A stretch of 64,000 nucleotides of DNA. Origin: a virus. Both the position numbers and the translations under genes were made by a program. Positions 1 through 8,614 of this stretch are shown one piece after another. Location of the stretch: the IMG/VR virus record IMGVR_UViG_3300045988_160093. One strand, written 5' to 3'. The notes below the pieces were generated by a model. The model made no database searches, was not told where the DNA came from, and saw only the letters and a program-made list of their open reading frames with translations. The stretch's first letter is position 1. Every line of letters starts with the position of its first letter.

Positions 1-26
1 ACAATGACGCTCTGGCATGGGCTACG

Positions 27-791
27 ATGGCAAACAAGGGGAACGACCCTATGGCGATGGCGGCAATGATGAACGGAGGGATGAACAACTGGAACAACTC
101 TCCTTGGATGTACCTTATTTTCCTTGCCCTGTTCGGCGGCAACGGCTTTGGATTCGGCAACCGCAACGGACAATTGCAGGATGCGGAAATCCAGTCGAAG
201 CTGAACCAACTGAGCACCCAGATGCAGGACGGGAACAATACCAACCTTCTGATGGATGCCATCAAGGGCAACAACACTGCTCTTGGGCAGCTTGCAAGCA
301 ATCTGAACTGTGACTTCAATCAGTTGCAGAGCGGAGTGTGCGCCATTCAGTCGGCAATCCAACAGGTTGGCGGTCAGGTGGGCTATTCGGCAGAGAGAGT
401 CATCAATGCTGTGAACCTCGGTGACATGAACATCGTACAGCAGTTGAAGGATTGTTGCTGCCAGACACAGCAGAACATCATCAAGATGGGTTATGAGAAC
501 CAGCTCGGACAGAAGGACATCGTGAACGGTATGCAGCAAGGCTTCAGTTACACCAATACCGGTATAGAGAGAGCGGCATCGAACGTCGGGTTCCAGATGA
601 GCCAGATGGCTTGTGATCTGAAGACCAACGCAAACGCCAACACGCAGCGCATCATCGACACGCTGAACGGACACTGGCAGGAGGACCTGCAGCTTCGCCT
701 GAACAGGGCAGAGCTTGAGCTGTCGCAGCAGAGACAGAATGCCACCTTGATAGCGGCATTGGGAACCAAGGCCACTACGGCGACCACATGA
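27..791 (+). CDS. membrane-anchored Q/N-rich protein of the late block, function unknown; the frame is open to the window start, so the true start may lie upstream
   Basis: ATG at 27; hydrophobic WMYLIFLALFGG segment followed by Q/N-rich sequence; two-helix hairpin at 801-839 downstream. Confidence 0.55.
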   Translation: MANKGNDPMAMAAMMNGGMNNWNNSPWMYLIFLALFGGNGFGFGNRNGQLQDAEIQSKLNQLSTQMQDGNNTNLLMDAIKGNNTALGQLASNLNCDFNQLQSGVCAIQSAIQQVGGQVGYSAERVINAVNLGDMNIVQQLKDCCCQTQQNIIKMGYENQLGQKDIVNGMQQGFSYTNTGIERAASNVGFQMSQMACDLKTNANANTQRIIDTLNGHWQEDLQLRLNRAELELSQQRQNATLIAALGTKATTATT

Positions 792-867
792 ATTGAGGAG
801 GAGCCTGCGCCTACGGAGAAAAAGTCCGTGCGGAGGCTCTTCCGTTTAGGAAAGAAAAGGAAATGAA

Positions 868-893
868 GCGTTCTTTGACTTGTTGGAATACCG
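868..893. repeat. left copy of a conserved element, GCGTTCTTTGACTTGTTGGAATACCG; 877-893 is the inverted repeat of 1789-1804
   Basis: Near-identical copy at 6476-6502; the reverse complement of 1789-1804 (GACTTGTGGAATACCG) differs by one T. Confidence 0.7.
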
Positions 894-965
894 TAAAACA
901 ATAGTACAGAATGTTAAATGTTACAATATGTTCTGTTAAAAATAAACTTATATGTTTATTATATG

Positions 966-984
966 TAACTTTGTTGTATCTTTG
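966..984 (+). promoter_or_regulatory. Bacteroides-type -7 boxes for the TA cassette
   Basis: TAACTTTG at 966-973 and TATCTTTG at 977-984, both matching TAnnTTTG; ATG at 1018. Confidence 0.5.
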
Positions 985-1017
985 CATTGAAGGAAAAACT
1001 AATAACAAAGCTGCAAT

Positions 1018-1491
1018 ATGACAAAGGCAAGTATAAAATCAGTCGCTTCTACTGAAACGGCAAGCATATTCTCTATATGTTTTGATGGTGAAAGTTTTAC
1101 TGAATTTGAAAAGTTCGTAACAAAACACAAGGACCATTACAGTAAGGACTTGAACATTATACTTGCCGCAATAAACAGAATGCTGCAAGTAAGCGGCTTC
1201 CTTGAAAGGTATTTTAGACCAGAAGGAAAGATGCGTGACAATGTGTGCGCATTACCTATCACATCGGGGAAATTACGTCTGTATTGTCTGCGTTTAAGCG
1301 ACAGTGTCTTGATAGCTGGAAATGGAGGAGTAAAGGAGACCAAAAGATATGAAGACAGCGAAGAACTGAATGGCTATGTGATTAGTCTGCAAAATCTGGA
1401 CAACGCCATAAGACTCGCAGTAAAGAAAGGTGAAGTTACAATAGAAGAACATACAATTAACAATATTGATAATAAAACTTTTGAAGTATGA
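1018..1491 (+). CDS. RelE/HigB-superfamily (Gp49-like) toxin candidate
   Basis: Segment KLRLYCLRLSDSVLIAGNGGVKETKRYEDS resembles the Gp49/HigB-like core (yRily...ivll.gf.Kkt.k); toxin-first order; ATGA overlap with the downstream HTH gene. Confidence 0.55.
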   Translation: MTKASIKSVASTETASIFSICFDGESFTEFEKFVTKHKDHYSKDLNIILAAINRMLQVSGFLERYFRPEGKMRDNVCALPITSGKLRLYCLRLSDSVLIAGNGGVKETKRYEDSEELNGYVISLQNLDNAIRLAVKKGEVTIEEHTINNIDNKTFEV

Positions 1492-1757
1492 TAACAGGAG
1501 CTAAATTCTTTACGGATGCCATACAGTCCATACCTCCTGAGATACAGAAGCAAGTGGATTTATCTATGGCAATTTCCGATGCTATCGCAAACAGTCTTTC
1601 AAAGCGAGGTCTTTCTCAGAAGGACTTTGCGAAAATGATGGGCAAGACGGAGACAGAAGTGTCTCGTTGGCTTGCAGGCAGACATAATTTCACCCTTGCA
1701 ACACTGGCAAAGATTTCCACGGTGTTGAAAGAGAATTTAATACAAGTCGTGCATTGA
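1488..1757 (+). CDS. XRE-family HTH antitoxin candidate (HigA-like)
   Basis: LSQKDFAKMMGKTETEVSRWLAGRHNFTLATLAKIS is a classic XRE helix-turn-helix; 4-nt overlap with the upstream gene. Confidence 0.7.
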   Translation: MITGAKFFTDAIQSIPPEIQKQVDLSMAISDAIANSLSKRGLSQKDFAKMMGKTETEVSRWLAGRHNFTLATLAKISTVLKENLIQVVH

Positions 1758-1786
1758 TAAAAAATGTATTACACTTATTTATTCAA

Positions 1787-1820
1787 GCGGTATTCCACAA
1801 GTCGGGATGCCGCTTTTATT
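1787..1820 (+). terminator. intrinsic terminator and right IR element of cassette 1
   Basis: GCGGTAT (1787-1793) pairs with ATGCCGC (1807-1813), followed by TTTTATT. Confidence 0.65.
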
Positions 1821-1843
1821 GTTTAACCAAAAAGACAGAGATT

Positions 1844-2323
1844 ATGACGTTCAAGGATATAAAGAAAGGACACCCGGTGTATATACTGCACAAGGGCGAC
1901 GAGGGACTGAGAGAAGAGATAGGCAAGGTGACGGCGATCACCCAGCCACGCTTTCCGCAATACAACGGCGGCGGAACTGCATTGTCAACAACGGTTGTTG
2001 ATGTGACCGTGGAGACTGGCGGAGCGAACAACACCTACACCATACCGGCAGACTCTTCGGTTGTGAGCGCAGGGAACACGATACTCAGCGTAGACAGGGA
2101 AGGAATCCTGAAGGAAGTGGATGCCCTGGAGACGGAGAGTGACGACATCATAAACAGTGTGGCAAAGCACGAAGCAAGGAAGAAGGACTGCGAGAGAATA
2201 AAAGAAGAGTGGAATCCTGCGTTTGCCGAGAAAAAGAAACAGGACGAGCGTATCGGTTCGCTTGAAAGCGGCATGAACGAGCTGAAAGGACTGGTGAGAA
2301 CGCTTGTGGATAAATTAAGTTAG
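1844..2323 (+). CDS. hypothetical late protein with a coiled-coil C-terminus
   Basis: The ATG at 1844 lies just after the terminator; the track ORF start at 1754 overlaps the hairpin and is unlikely. Confidence 0.55.
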   Translation: MTFKDIKKGHPVYILHKGDEGLREEIGKVTAITQPRFPQYNGGGTALSTTVVDVTVETGGANNTYTIPADSSVVSAGNTILSVDREGILKEVDALETESDDIINSVAKHEARKKDCERIKEEWNPAFAEKKKQDERIGSLESGMNELKGLVRTLVDKLS

Positions 2324-2328
2324 GAGGA

Positions 2329-2691
2329 ATGACTATGGTGATGTATATATTCTTAAATGCCGTAAAAATGGCACATGAGCCGCATTTTTGTGAGAAATCC
2401 GCAGAAATGGCGATGAAAGAATTGAAATATACCGACAGGGACGGAGTGACGCACACAGAACCGAAATGGACGATGCCAATGATTGAGGAAACCACAAAGG
2501 GACTGGAGTTTCCCGAAGGGACAACGGAGTGGGACAAGTTCGTGGCATATAACAGCTTCTATGCCGACACCTGCGCCGTGCTTTCTGACGGGGAGATACT
2601 GAAAGCAGCCTATGAGTTCTACTTCAATGATGAAGACTACGGACTAGAGGGGAGCAAGATATGGCATTATATGGAGGCGATGAGGAAGTGA
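2329..2691 (+). CDS. hypothetical protein
   Basis: ATG at 2329 preceded by AGGAGG; co-directional with tight spacing. Confidence 0.5.
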   Translation: MTMVMYIFLNAVKMAHEPHFCEKSAEMAMKELKYTDRDGVTHTEPKWTMPMIEETTKGLEFPEGTTEWDKFVAYNSFYADTCAVLSDGEILKAAYEFYFNDEDYGLEGSKIWHYMEAMRK

Positions 2692-2729
2692 TTACTTGCG
2701 AGAGCGGAAAAACATAAGAATGTGAACCT

Positions 2730-2737
2730 TATTTTTG
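2730..2737 (+). promoter_or_regulatory. -7 box TATTTTTG
   Basis: The context CTTATTTTTGC also occurs at 63838-63848 upstream of another late gene. Confidence 0.45.
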
Positions 2738-2762
2738 CATAAAGGGAAATATCACGTTCGTT

Positions 2763-5396
2763 ATGAATGAAATAAAGCAGCAGCAGTTGACATGGAACGA
2801 AGGCATTACAAATGTTCCGAACGACCTTGTATGTGGAGACAACACATGCGAGACAGAACTCAACATGATATACAGGAATGGGGGGCATAGACCGATACAG
2901 AAAGAGCAGTATCAGTTCTCCATTCCTTTTCCTTTGCTCTTTGTCCACAAGTACAACGACAACTACAAACATTATATAGCTTTAAAGTCCGACAATACCA
3001 TAACGTGGTACGACCAGACGGACACGACAACCAACAATACAATTGCCAATGCCCCGGTATTGGGAGACAATGTGCAGGTAGAAGCGATAGGTAATACCCT
3101 CGTTGTGAGCAGCAGCAAAGGATTAGGCTATTACCTATGGAAGCCGGAGAACGGAAATTATAAATATCTTGGTGCAAAGATACCGGAACCGATAGTCAAG
3201 TACAGGTTTATCAACGACAGGAACTATACGGTGATGGGAGATAAAGTTTCCCTTGAAGGAATCTGCGACAAGAAAGAGACAACATACATAGGAGCAGGCA
3301 AGCAACAGGACTATAACAATGCGGTAGTCGGAGCATATTCAGCCAACAAAAACAAGATAGTGGAACTAAACGGCTTCTGCAATCCCTTCTTTGTAAGATA
3401 TGCACTGGAAATGTATGACGGAAGCTATACCTGTATAAGCGTCCCCGTTTTGATGATACCCGTAATGGGGCACAACAGCTATTGGATGACAGGCGGTCAG
3501 AGTGATGACAGCTATTATATGTACACCTATTACTCCCTGCTTATATATAATCTGAGGACAGACTATTCAGAGTGGACGGATTTAGTGAAGAACATCGCCT
3601 TGTTTGTGAGCAAAGGAGTGGACAACTATGACACAGAGAAAGACCAGACTATAGAACCGAACGGAACAACATCCAAACCCTTTTTGAAGATCAGCAGCGG
3701 TTTCATTGACGAAAACGGAGATATGGTGCAGACCAACGGAAACTGCGTCGGTGAATATTCCTTAGCCATGAAATCTACCGGCACGAGTCCAAGTGACACC
3801 CCGACATATAGCAATTGGTTATATGTGGCGCTCAGCGAGTTCAATGACGTATTGAAACTATTGGAGAACGACACCATATTCTACAAGATAAAAGAAATCC
3901 CTTTGACGGTAAGGAACCAGTGGACTATCGTCAAGTCGGACGACAAAGCACTGAAAAACCTTACTACCCAACAGTGCTTGCCGAATGATTATTTCAGCAA
4001 CTGCGTTTTCGGTTGCTCAAAGATGTATTCCTATAATCAGAGAATACATCTGATAGAACCAACGAGAGATACGTGGGAAGGAGCAGAACAATACGTAGGT
4101 TGTGACTACGATATGGGACCGGTGTATTTCTCCTATTACTTCGATATATACGTGTATATCAAAACGAATACCGGTGAACAAATAGTGCACAAGGAAATCA
4201 CAGGAAACGAGATGCTTTTCAGAACCTATTTCTTCTATCCTGATCCTAAAGCATACAAGGCAGTATTGGTGATAGACAAGAATAAAGGGTTGAACGAGAA
4301 TCTTTTTGATACAGGAGAAGGTCGGTTCAAGAAGACAGAGATATGGTTGAAAGAGTCACCATATCTGAATGGGGCATGGTGGTTCGGCAGCCTGCCAAAA
4401 GCAGAATACTCGACGAGTAATATAGAATGGGAGGCGATAGATGCAGCACCGGTAGAAAAAACTGAAGTCCAGCAGTTCGGCAATCAGATATGGGTGAGCG
4501 ATGTAAATAATCCGTGGGTGTTTACTGCAAAAGGAAATACCAGTATAGGCAACGGAAAAGTGTTAGGCTTGGCGAGTCAGACAACAGCGTTGAGTCAGGG
4601 ACAGTTCGGACAATATCCGTTGATAGCACTTTGTAGCGATGGCGTGTGGGCATTGCAGACAGACAATGAAGGACTATACTCAACGGTGCGTCCGATGTCA
4701 AGAGAGATATGCAACAACTCAAAGTCAATTACCGAAACAGACGGATACATATTCTTCACGTCAGCCAAAGGTCTGATGGTGATAGACGGAGGACAGGTTA
4801 GATGTGTGAGCGAAAAGCTGACAGGAAGAGAATCGAAAAGCATCAAAGGATTGCTTAAAATGAGTTTTGTGGACTTCCTGGAAACATGTTTCATAGCCTA
4901 TGATTATAGAGACCGCTTGCTGTATCTGATGAATACAACACCCGAATATTGCTATGTATACTCCATGACGGAAGGAACGTTCTCACTGAAAGACAGGCTG
5001 TCTTGCGTAAGGACCATTAACGGTTATCCGGACACACTGTTACAGAACGAAACAGGAGAAGTGTATAGTTTGCTTGACAGACCAAACATAAACGATGATA
5101 CAAATACTTATGGGTGCAGTTTGTCTTCACGTCCGATGAAATGGGAAAACTCGGCTGCATTGAAAACCTTAAACAGGGTGAAAGTCATTTTTGACCAGCA
5201 AGGCACAACGACCAAGATAAGACTTGCCATGTACGGGAGTAACGATTGCGTGGCATGGCAAAGAGTGACATCATTGAGAGGGAGAGGATTCAAATACTGG
5301 AAGTTCAATATAAACCTGTCAGGGCTGAAAGCATCGGATTCTTTTTCCGGAGCGCTGATAGAGACACAAGAAAGATATACAGGAAAGATAAGATAA
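2763..5396 (+). CDS. large (877 aa) structural protein, possibly tail fibre, receptor-binding or baseplate
   Basis: Long clean ORF in the late block upstream of the lysis genes; I recognise no catalytic motif. Confidence 0.6.
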   Translation: MNEIKQQQLTWNEGITNVPNDLVCGDNTCETELNMIYRNGGHRPIQKEQYQFSIPFPLLFVHKYNDNYKHYIALKSDNTITWYDQTDTTTNNTIANAPVLGDNVQVEAIGNTLVVSSSKGLGYYLWKPENGNYKYLGAKIPEPIVKYRFINDRNYTVMGDKVSLEGICDKKETTYIGAGKQQDYNNAVVGAYSANKNKIVELNGFCNPFFVRYALEMYDGSYTCISVPVLMIPVMGHNSYWMTGGQSDDSYYMYTYYSLLIYNLRTDYSEWTDLVKNIALFVSKGVDNYDTEKDQTIEPNGTTSKPFLKISSGFIDENGDMVQTNGNCVGEYSLAMKSTGTSPSDTPTYSNWLYVALSEFNDVLKLLENDTIFYKIKEIPLTVRNQWTIVKSDDKALKNLTTQQCLPNDYFSNCVFGCSKMYSYNQRIHLIEPTRDTWEGAEQYVGCDYDMGPVYFSYYFDIYVYIKTNTGEQIVHKEITGNEMLFRTYFFYPDPKAYKAVLVIDKNKGLNENLFDTGEGRFKKTEIWLKESPYLNGAWWFGSLPKAEYSTSNIEWEAIDAAPVEKTEVQQFGNQIWVSDVNNPWVFTAKGNTSIGNGKVLGLASQTTALSQGQFGQYPLIALCSDGVWALQTDNEGLYSTVRPMSREICNNSKSITETDGYIFFTSAKGLMVIDGGQVRCVSEKLTGRESKSIKGLLKMSFVDFLETCFIAYDYRDRLLYLMNTTPEYCYVYSMTEGTFSLKDRLSCVRTINGYPDTLLQNETGEVYSLLDRPNINDDTNTYGCSLSSRPMKWENSAALKTLNRVKVIFDQQGTTTKIRLAMYGSNDCVAWQRVTSLRGRGFKYWKFNINLSGLKASDSFSGALIETQERYTGKIR

Positions 5397-5462
5397 ACGT
5401 AAATATTTATAATTTAAAAGATATGGAAAAGACTGAGAACAGGATAACGGAAGGAGGTGCGC

Positions 5463-5975
5463 ATGAATGAGGGACTTGCGAGAGGAGGGGTTTTCCTGCT
5501 CATAAGTAGCGGAACATTCTCAAAGGAAGCACTGGGCGTACTGTATGACCTACGATGGATGCTGATACTGATAGCAGTGCTGATAGTCGCGGATTTCTGG
5601 TACGGACTGAGCGAGAGTCTTCAGAAGAAGGAACATTTCAGATTCTCGAGGGCAGGAAGGAGGACTTGCAACAAGTTTATGGACTACATCGGCTACCTGC
5701 TATTGGGGACGTTCTTCGGTCTGGGCATCTTCGAGCCTCTGGGCATCGCAAACCACGTCACTACGGCGGCAATAGGCTTAGGCTTCGGGTGTATTTGGGA
5801 AGTGGACAGCATCGTGGGACATATCTGTGCCCTGCACGGTGTGACAAACAAACTAAGTATAAAAAAATTCATCATCTGCCTTATACGCAAGCGCAACAAG
5901 GACGTAGGCGACGCGATCGAGGAGGCACTTGAAGAAGACAACGACAAAAAAAAGAATGGAAATGAGAAAGATTGA
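5463..5975 (+). CDS. holin-like membrane protein (about 3 TM segments)
   Basis: ATG at 5463 is 6 nt after AAGGAGG; hydrophobic segments LILIAVLIVADFWYGL, YLLLGTFFGLGIF, AAIGLGFGCIW; lies immediately upstream of and overlaps the amidase. Confidence 0.55.
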   Translation: MNEGLARGGVFLLISSGTFSKEALGVLYDLRWMLILIAVLIVADFWYGLSESLQKKEHFRFSRAGRRTCNKFMDYIGYLLLGTFFGLGIFEPLGIANHVTTAAIGLGFGCIWEVDSIVGHICALHGVTNKLSIKKFIICLIRKRNKDVGDAIEEALEEDNDKKKNGNEKD

Positions 5976-6396
5976 AAGGATATTCGTGCACTGCACGGCG
6001 AGCAACCAGAATTGGGGAACGAAGGAGCTTTGGGCAGAGTTCAAGGCGAAGGGCTGGAAACAGCCCGGCTATCATTATGTGGTGACTGCTGACGGAGGCG
6101 TACATCAGATGCTCGCAGTTGAAGAGGTGAGCAACGGAGTGAAGGGCTACAATGCCACCGCCATCAATGTGGCTTATGTGGGAGGCATAGAGCGACCGAA
6201 CAAGAAGATTGTGGCAGTAGACAACAGGACTCCGGCGCAGAAGGCAACACTGAGAAAGCTGCTTGGCATACTGCACAAGAAATATCCTACCGCAAGGATA
6301 ATGGGACACCGCAGCATCTGGGGAGAGGACAACCCGAAGAAATGGGAGAAGAGCTGTCCTTGCTTCAATGCGGTGGAGGAATATAAGGATATTTAG
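5956..6396 (+). CDS. N-acetylmuramoyl-L-alanine amidase endolysin (T7-lysozyme/PGRP type)
   Basis: IFVHCTAS...GYHYVV...NVAYVGG...IMGHRSIW...KSCPCFN matches the amidase_2 pattern; start chosen at an internal ATG. Confidence 0.85.
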   Translation: MEMRKIERIFVHCTASNQNWGTKELWAEFKAKGWKQPGYHYVVTADGGVHQMLAVEEVSNGVKGYNATAINVAYVGGIERPNKKIVAVDNRTPAQKATLRKLLGILHKKYPTARIMGHRSIWGEDNPKKWEKSCPCFNAVEEYKDI

Positions 6397-6475
6397 TTTT
6401 TTCTTCATAGTTTTAAGTGTTAGTTAATTGTTTTTCAGAGCCTCGGTCCGTGAGGATAGGGGCTTTAAAAAAAAG

Positions 6476-6502
6476 GCGTTCTTTGACTTGTTGGGATACC
6501 GC
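6476..6502. repeat. second left copy of the conserved element, GCGTTCTTTGACTTGTTGGGATACCGC
   Basis: Near-identical to 868-893 (one A/G difference at 888/6496); GTTGGGATACCGC is inverted relative to GCGGTATTCCAAC at 7747-7759. Confidence 0.7.
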
Positions 6503-6548
6503 TTGGATAAAATATTACGAATAACTTGCAGTTTAATCTTATTATCAT

Positions 6549-6556
6549 TAACTTTG
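6549..6556 (+). promoter_or_regulatory. -7 box TAACTTTG
   Basis: Matches TAnnTTTG; lies 32 nt upstream of the ATG at 6588. Confidence 0.5.
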
Positions 6557-6587
6557 CAAAATTCAATTATTAAACGTATATTTAGTT

Positions 6588-7661
6588 ATGGATAATAAGA
6601 TTAAAGAAGTTTTAAAAGAAAGAGGGATAAGTCAGAAACAGTTATGCGAAATGACAGGAATGTCAGAAGCTGGGATGAGTAAGGCTATAAATGGTACGGC
6701 AACAGAAAGCACTCTGACAAGGATAGCAGATGCCTTGAAGATAGAAGTAAGCGAACTGGCAGGGGAACAACCACTTTATGCAAAATATTCAGCTGACAAA
6801 ACACCGTTGAAATTGGGCAGCATAGAAATCCCCTGTTATGTACTGAACAACGGAATGAGGGTATTTTCGGGTAGAGGTCTTCAAAAGGCTATTGGGGCTG
6901 ACAATACATCTGGAACATGGCTGTCGAAATTTCTGAAAAGTGACGCCATTGTATGGAATACGAAACCCGGCATAACAGATATGTTTGATGCTCCTGTGAA
7001 ATTCAAGAGAAACAACGCAGGAGGTTCGCAATCAATGACTTACGGATATGAAGCTACACTCTTGATAGACTTATGTTCCGCCATTATTGACGCATATGAG
7101 AACCCGGCGTTCGACATCAGTGAAAACTACTATAAAAGAGCAAATGTAATCATCAGGGCAGTTGCAAAAGTCGGCATAATAGCCTTGATAGATGAAGCTA
7201 CCGGATATGACAAGGCGAAGGAAAGGGCGAAGAACGAACTGCAAAGTTGGTTATCTACATTTATAAACAACGAAGCTGAAAAATGGGTCAAGACTTTCCC
7301 CGACCAGTTCTTTGAGGATATATACAAGATGCGCCATTGGAATTGGGACAAATCCATAGGCAAGCCACAATTCATAGGGAAGATAATAAATGATATTGTG
7401 TATGAGCGTATCGCCCCTCTTGTATATAACGAATTAAAGAGGAAGAACCCGAAATCCGAGAAAGGCTATAGAAAATACAAGTTCCATCAATTCTTGACAA
7501 GCGATGTGGGCAAACCTGCATTGGAACGTCATTTGGCGATATTGCATTCTTTCGCTTTGGCTTCTGACTACAACTGGGCAAGATTTATGTATCTGCTTGA
7601 CAAGTCAAATCCGAAGCAATACCAACAGTTGGCATTGTTCGACGAGTTTGACATTGAATAA
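6588..7661 (+). CDS. XRE-HTH plus P63C-like domain protein (regulator or antirepressor-like)
   Basis: N-terminal ISQKQLCEMTGMSEAGMSKAINGTA HTH; the central region EIPCYVLNNGMRVFSGRGLQKAIG resembles the P63C domain as I recall it. Confidence 0.55.
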   Translation: MDNKIKEVLKERGISQKQLCEMTGMSEAGMSKAINGTATESTLTRIADALKIEVSELAGEQPLYAKYSADKTPLKLGSIEIPCYVLNNGMRVFSGRGLQKAIGADNTSGTWLSKFLKSDAIVWNTKPGITDMFDAPVKFKRNNAGGSQSMTYGYEATLLIDLCSAIIDAYENPAFDISENYYKRANVIIRAVAKVGIIALIDEATGYDKAKERAKNELQSWLSTFINNEAEKWVKTFPDQFFEDIYKMRHWNWDKSIGKPQFIGKIINDIVYERIAPLVYNELKRKNPKSEKGYRKYKFHQFLTSDVGKPALERHLAILHSFALASDYNWARFMYLLDKSNPKQYQQLALFDEFDIE

Positions 7662-7745
7662 CAAATCTTTTGAAACAGGAGAATTGTACGAAGATTCAGT
7701 GTGTGTAAAAAATGCACAAACTGCATCGCCCTTCCTTATTCTAAA

Positions 7746-7776
7746 GCGGTATTCCAACGGTAGGGATGCCGCTTTT
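7746..7776 (+). terminator. intrinsic terminator and right IR element of cassette 2
   Basis: GCGGTAT...ATGCCGC stem followed by TTTTGTT; the stem sequence is identical to the 1787-1813 hairpin. Confidence 0.65.
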
Positions 7777-7803
7777 GTTGTATATAAAAGAAAGGGAAGT
7801 GTT

Positions 7804-8247
7804 ATGGAACAGGCAATGATAAGAGTTGCAAGGCTGCTTGCCGCATTCTTGGTAGGATGCGTGTTGTGCGGACTGATGACGCTGCTGACGGGATGTAGGA
7901 GCGTGAAATATGTGAGTGTGCCGGAATATCATACGGAATACAAGGTGAAGACGGACAGCTTCATCAAGAGGGATTCCGTGTGGGTGCATGACAGTGTGAG
8001 CGTGTGGATGAAGGGAGACACCGTGTTCAAGGACAAGGTAAGGACGGAACACGAGGACCATTATATCTACACGAACAAGACGGACACGGTGATGAAGACA
8101 GACTCCGTGAGAGTGCCGTTCCCTGTAGAGAAGAAACTGGGGAAATGGGAGCAGATGCGAATCAACAGCTTTGTTCCCTTGTGTGTGATGCTTTTCATTG
8201 TGTGCGCTATCCTCGTTTGGATAATAAGAAAAAGGAACAAAACATGA
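7804..8247 (+). CDS. lipoprotein with a C-terminal transmembrane helix; unimolecular spanin candidate
   Basis: Signal plus lipobox LLTGC at the N-terminus; C-terminal FVPLCVMLFIVCAILVWII followed by RKRNK; lies downstream of the holin/amidase pair. Confidence 0.45.
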   Translation: MEQAMIRVARLLAAFLVGCVLCGLMTLLTGCRSVKYVSVPEYHTEYKVKTDSFIKRDSVWVHDSVSVWMKGDTVFKDKVRTEHEDHYIYTNKTDTVMKTDSVRVPFPVEKKLGKWEQMRINSFVPLCVMLFIVCAILVWIIRKRNKT

Positions 8248-8251
8248 TGAT

Positions 8252-8614
8252 ATGAACAGGAAAGAAGAAGAGCTCCACAGGATAGTGGAACTCACGGTAT
8301 TGTGTTGCAACACGAGCCAAGACGGACAAGACATCGGCATAGACGACATCTTGGGGAAATCAAGGAAGGAAAATCTTGTGATGGCAAGATGTATTCTTGT
8401 GTCACAGATGATCAGGCAGGGTTATAGCGTAACCACCGCATCGAAACTATTAGGAAGAACGACGCAGACGATAAGGAGAATGCTTGTAAGCAATGACAGG
8501 TTTTTACGTTCGTCGAGAGCTTACAGGATAGCGAGTGAAGAGATACGGGACAAATGCCGTCAGTTCTCTGAATCACCAAACAGTTCCTTCGGCGTATCAG
8601 TAACCGAAGGGTGA
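8252..8614 (+). CDS. small HTH protein resembling the DnaA C-terminal DNA-binding fold
   Basis: ARCILVSQMIRQGYSVTTASKLLGRTTQTIRRM pattern; last gene of the + block; its 3' end overlaps the convergent gene 8560-8949. Confidence 0.4.
   Translation: MNRKEEELHRIVELTVLCCNTSQDGQDIGIDDILGKSRKENLVMARCILVSQMIRQGYSVTTASKLLGRTTQTIRRMLVSNDRFLRSSRAYRIASEEIRDKCRQFSESPNSSFGVSVTEG

Larger units (their letters stand above)
868..1820 (+). mobile_element. IR-bracketed accessory (moron-like) cassette carrying its own promoter, a toxin-antitoxin pair and a terminator
   Basis: Left element 868-893, promoter boxes 966-984, genes 1018-1757, right hairpin element 1787-1813; cassette 6476-7776 has the same architecture. 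Confidence 0.4.
6476..7776 (+). mobile_element. IR-bracketed accessory cassette (promoter, HTH-P63C gene, terminator) inserted between the endolysin and the spanin candidate
   Basis: Same left element, promoter, cargo and right hairpin architecture as 868-1820. Confidence 0.4.

Noticed and set aside
17-313. 98-aa + strand ORF overlapping 27-791, and the 125-aa ORF at 5555-5932 inside the holin gene
   Set aside because: They are alternate-frame ORFs with R/G/Q-rich composition, nested in better-supported genes.
8560-8614. 55-nt overlap of convergent genes 8252-8614 (+) and 8560-8949 (-) as a regulatory antisense element
   Set aside because: I could not identify any structure or motif. It may simply reflect compact convergent gene ends or a slightly mis-set stop region.
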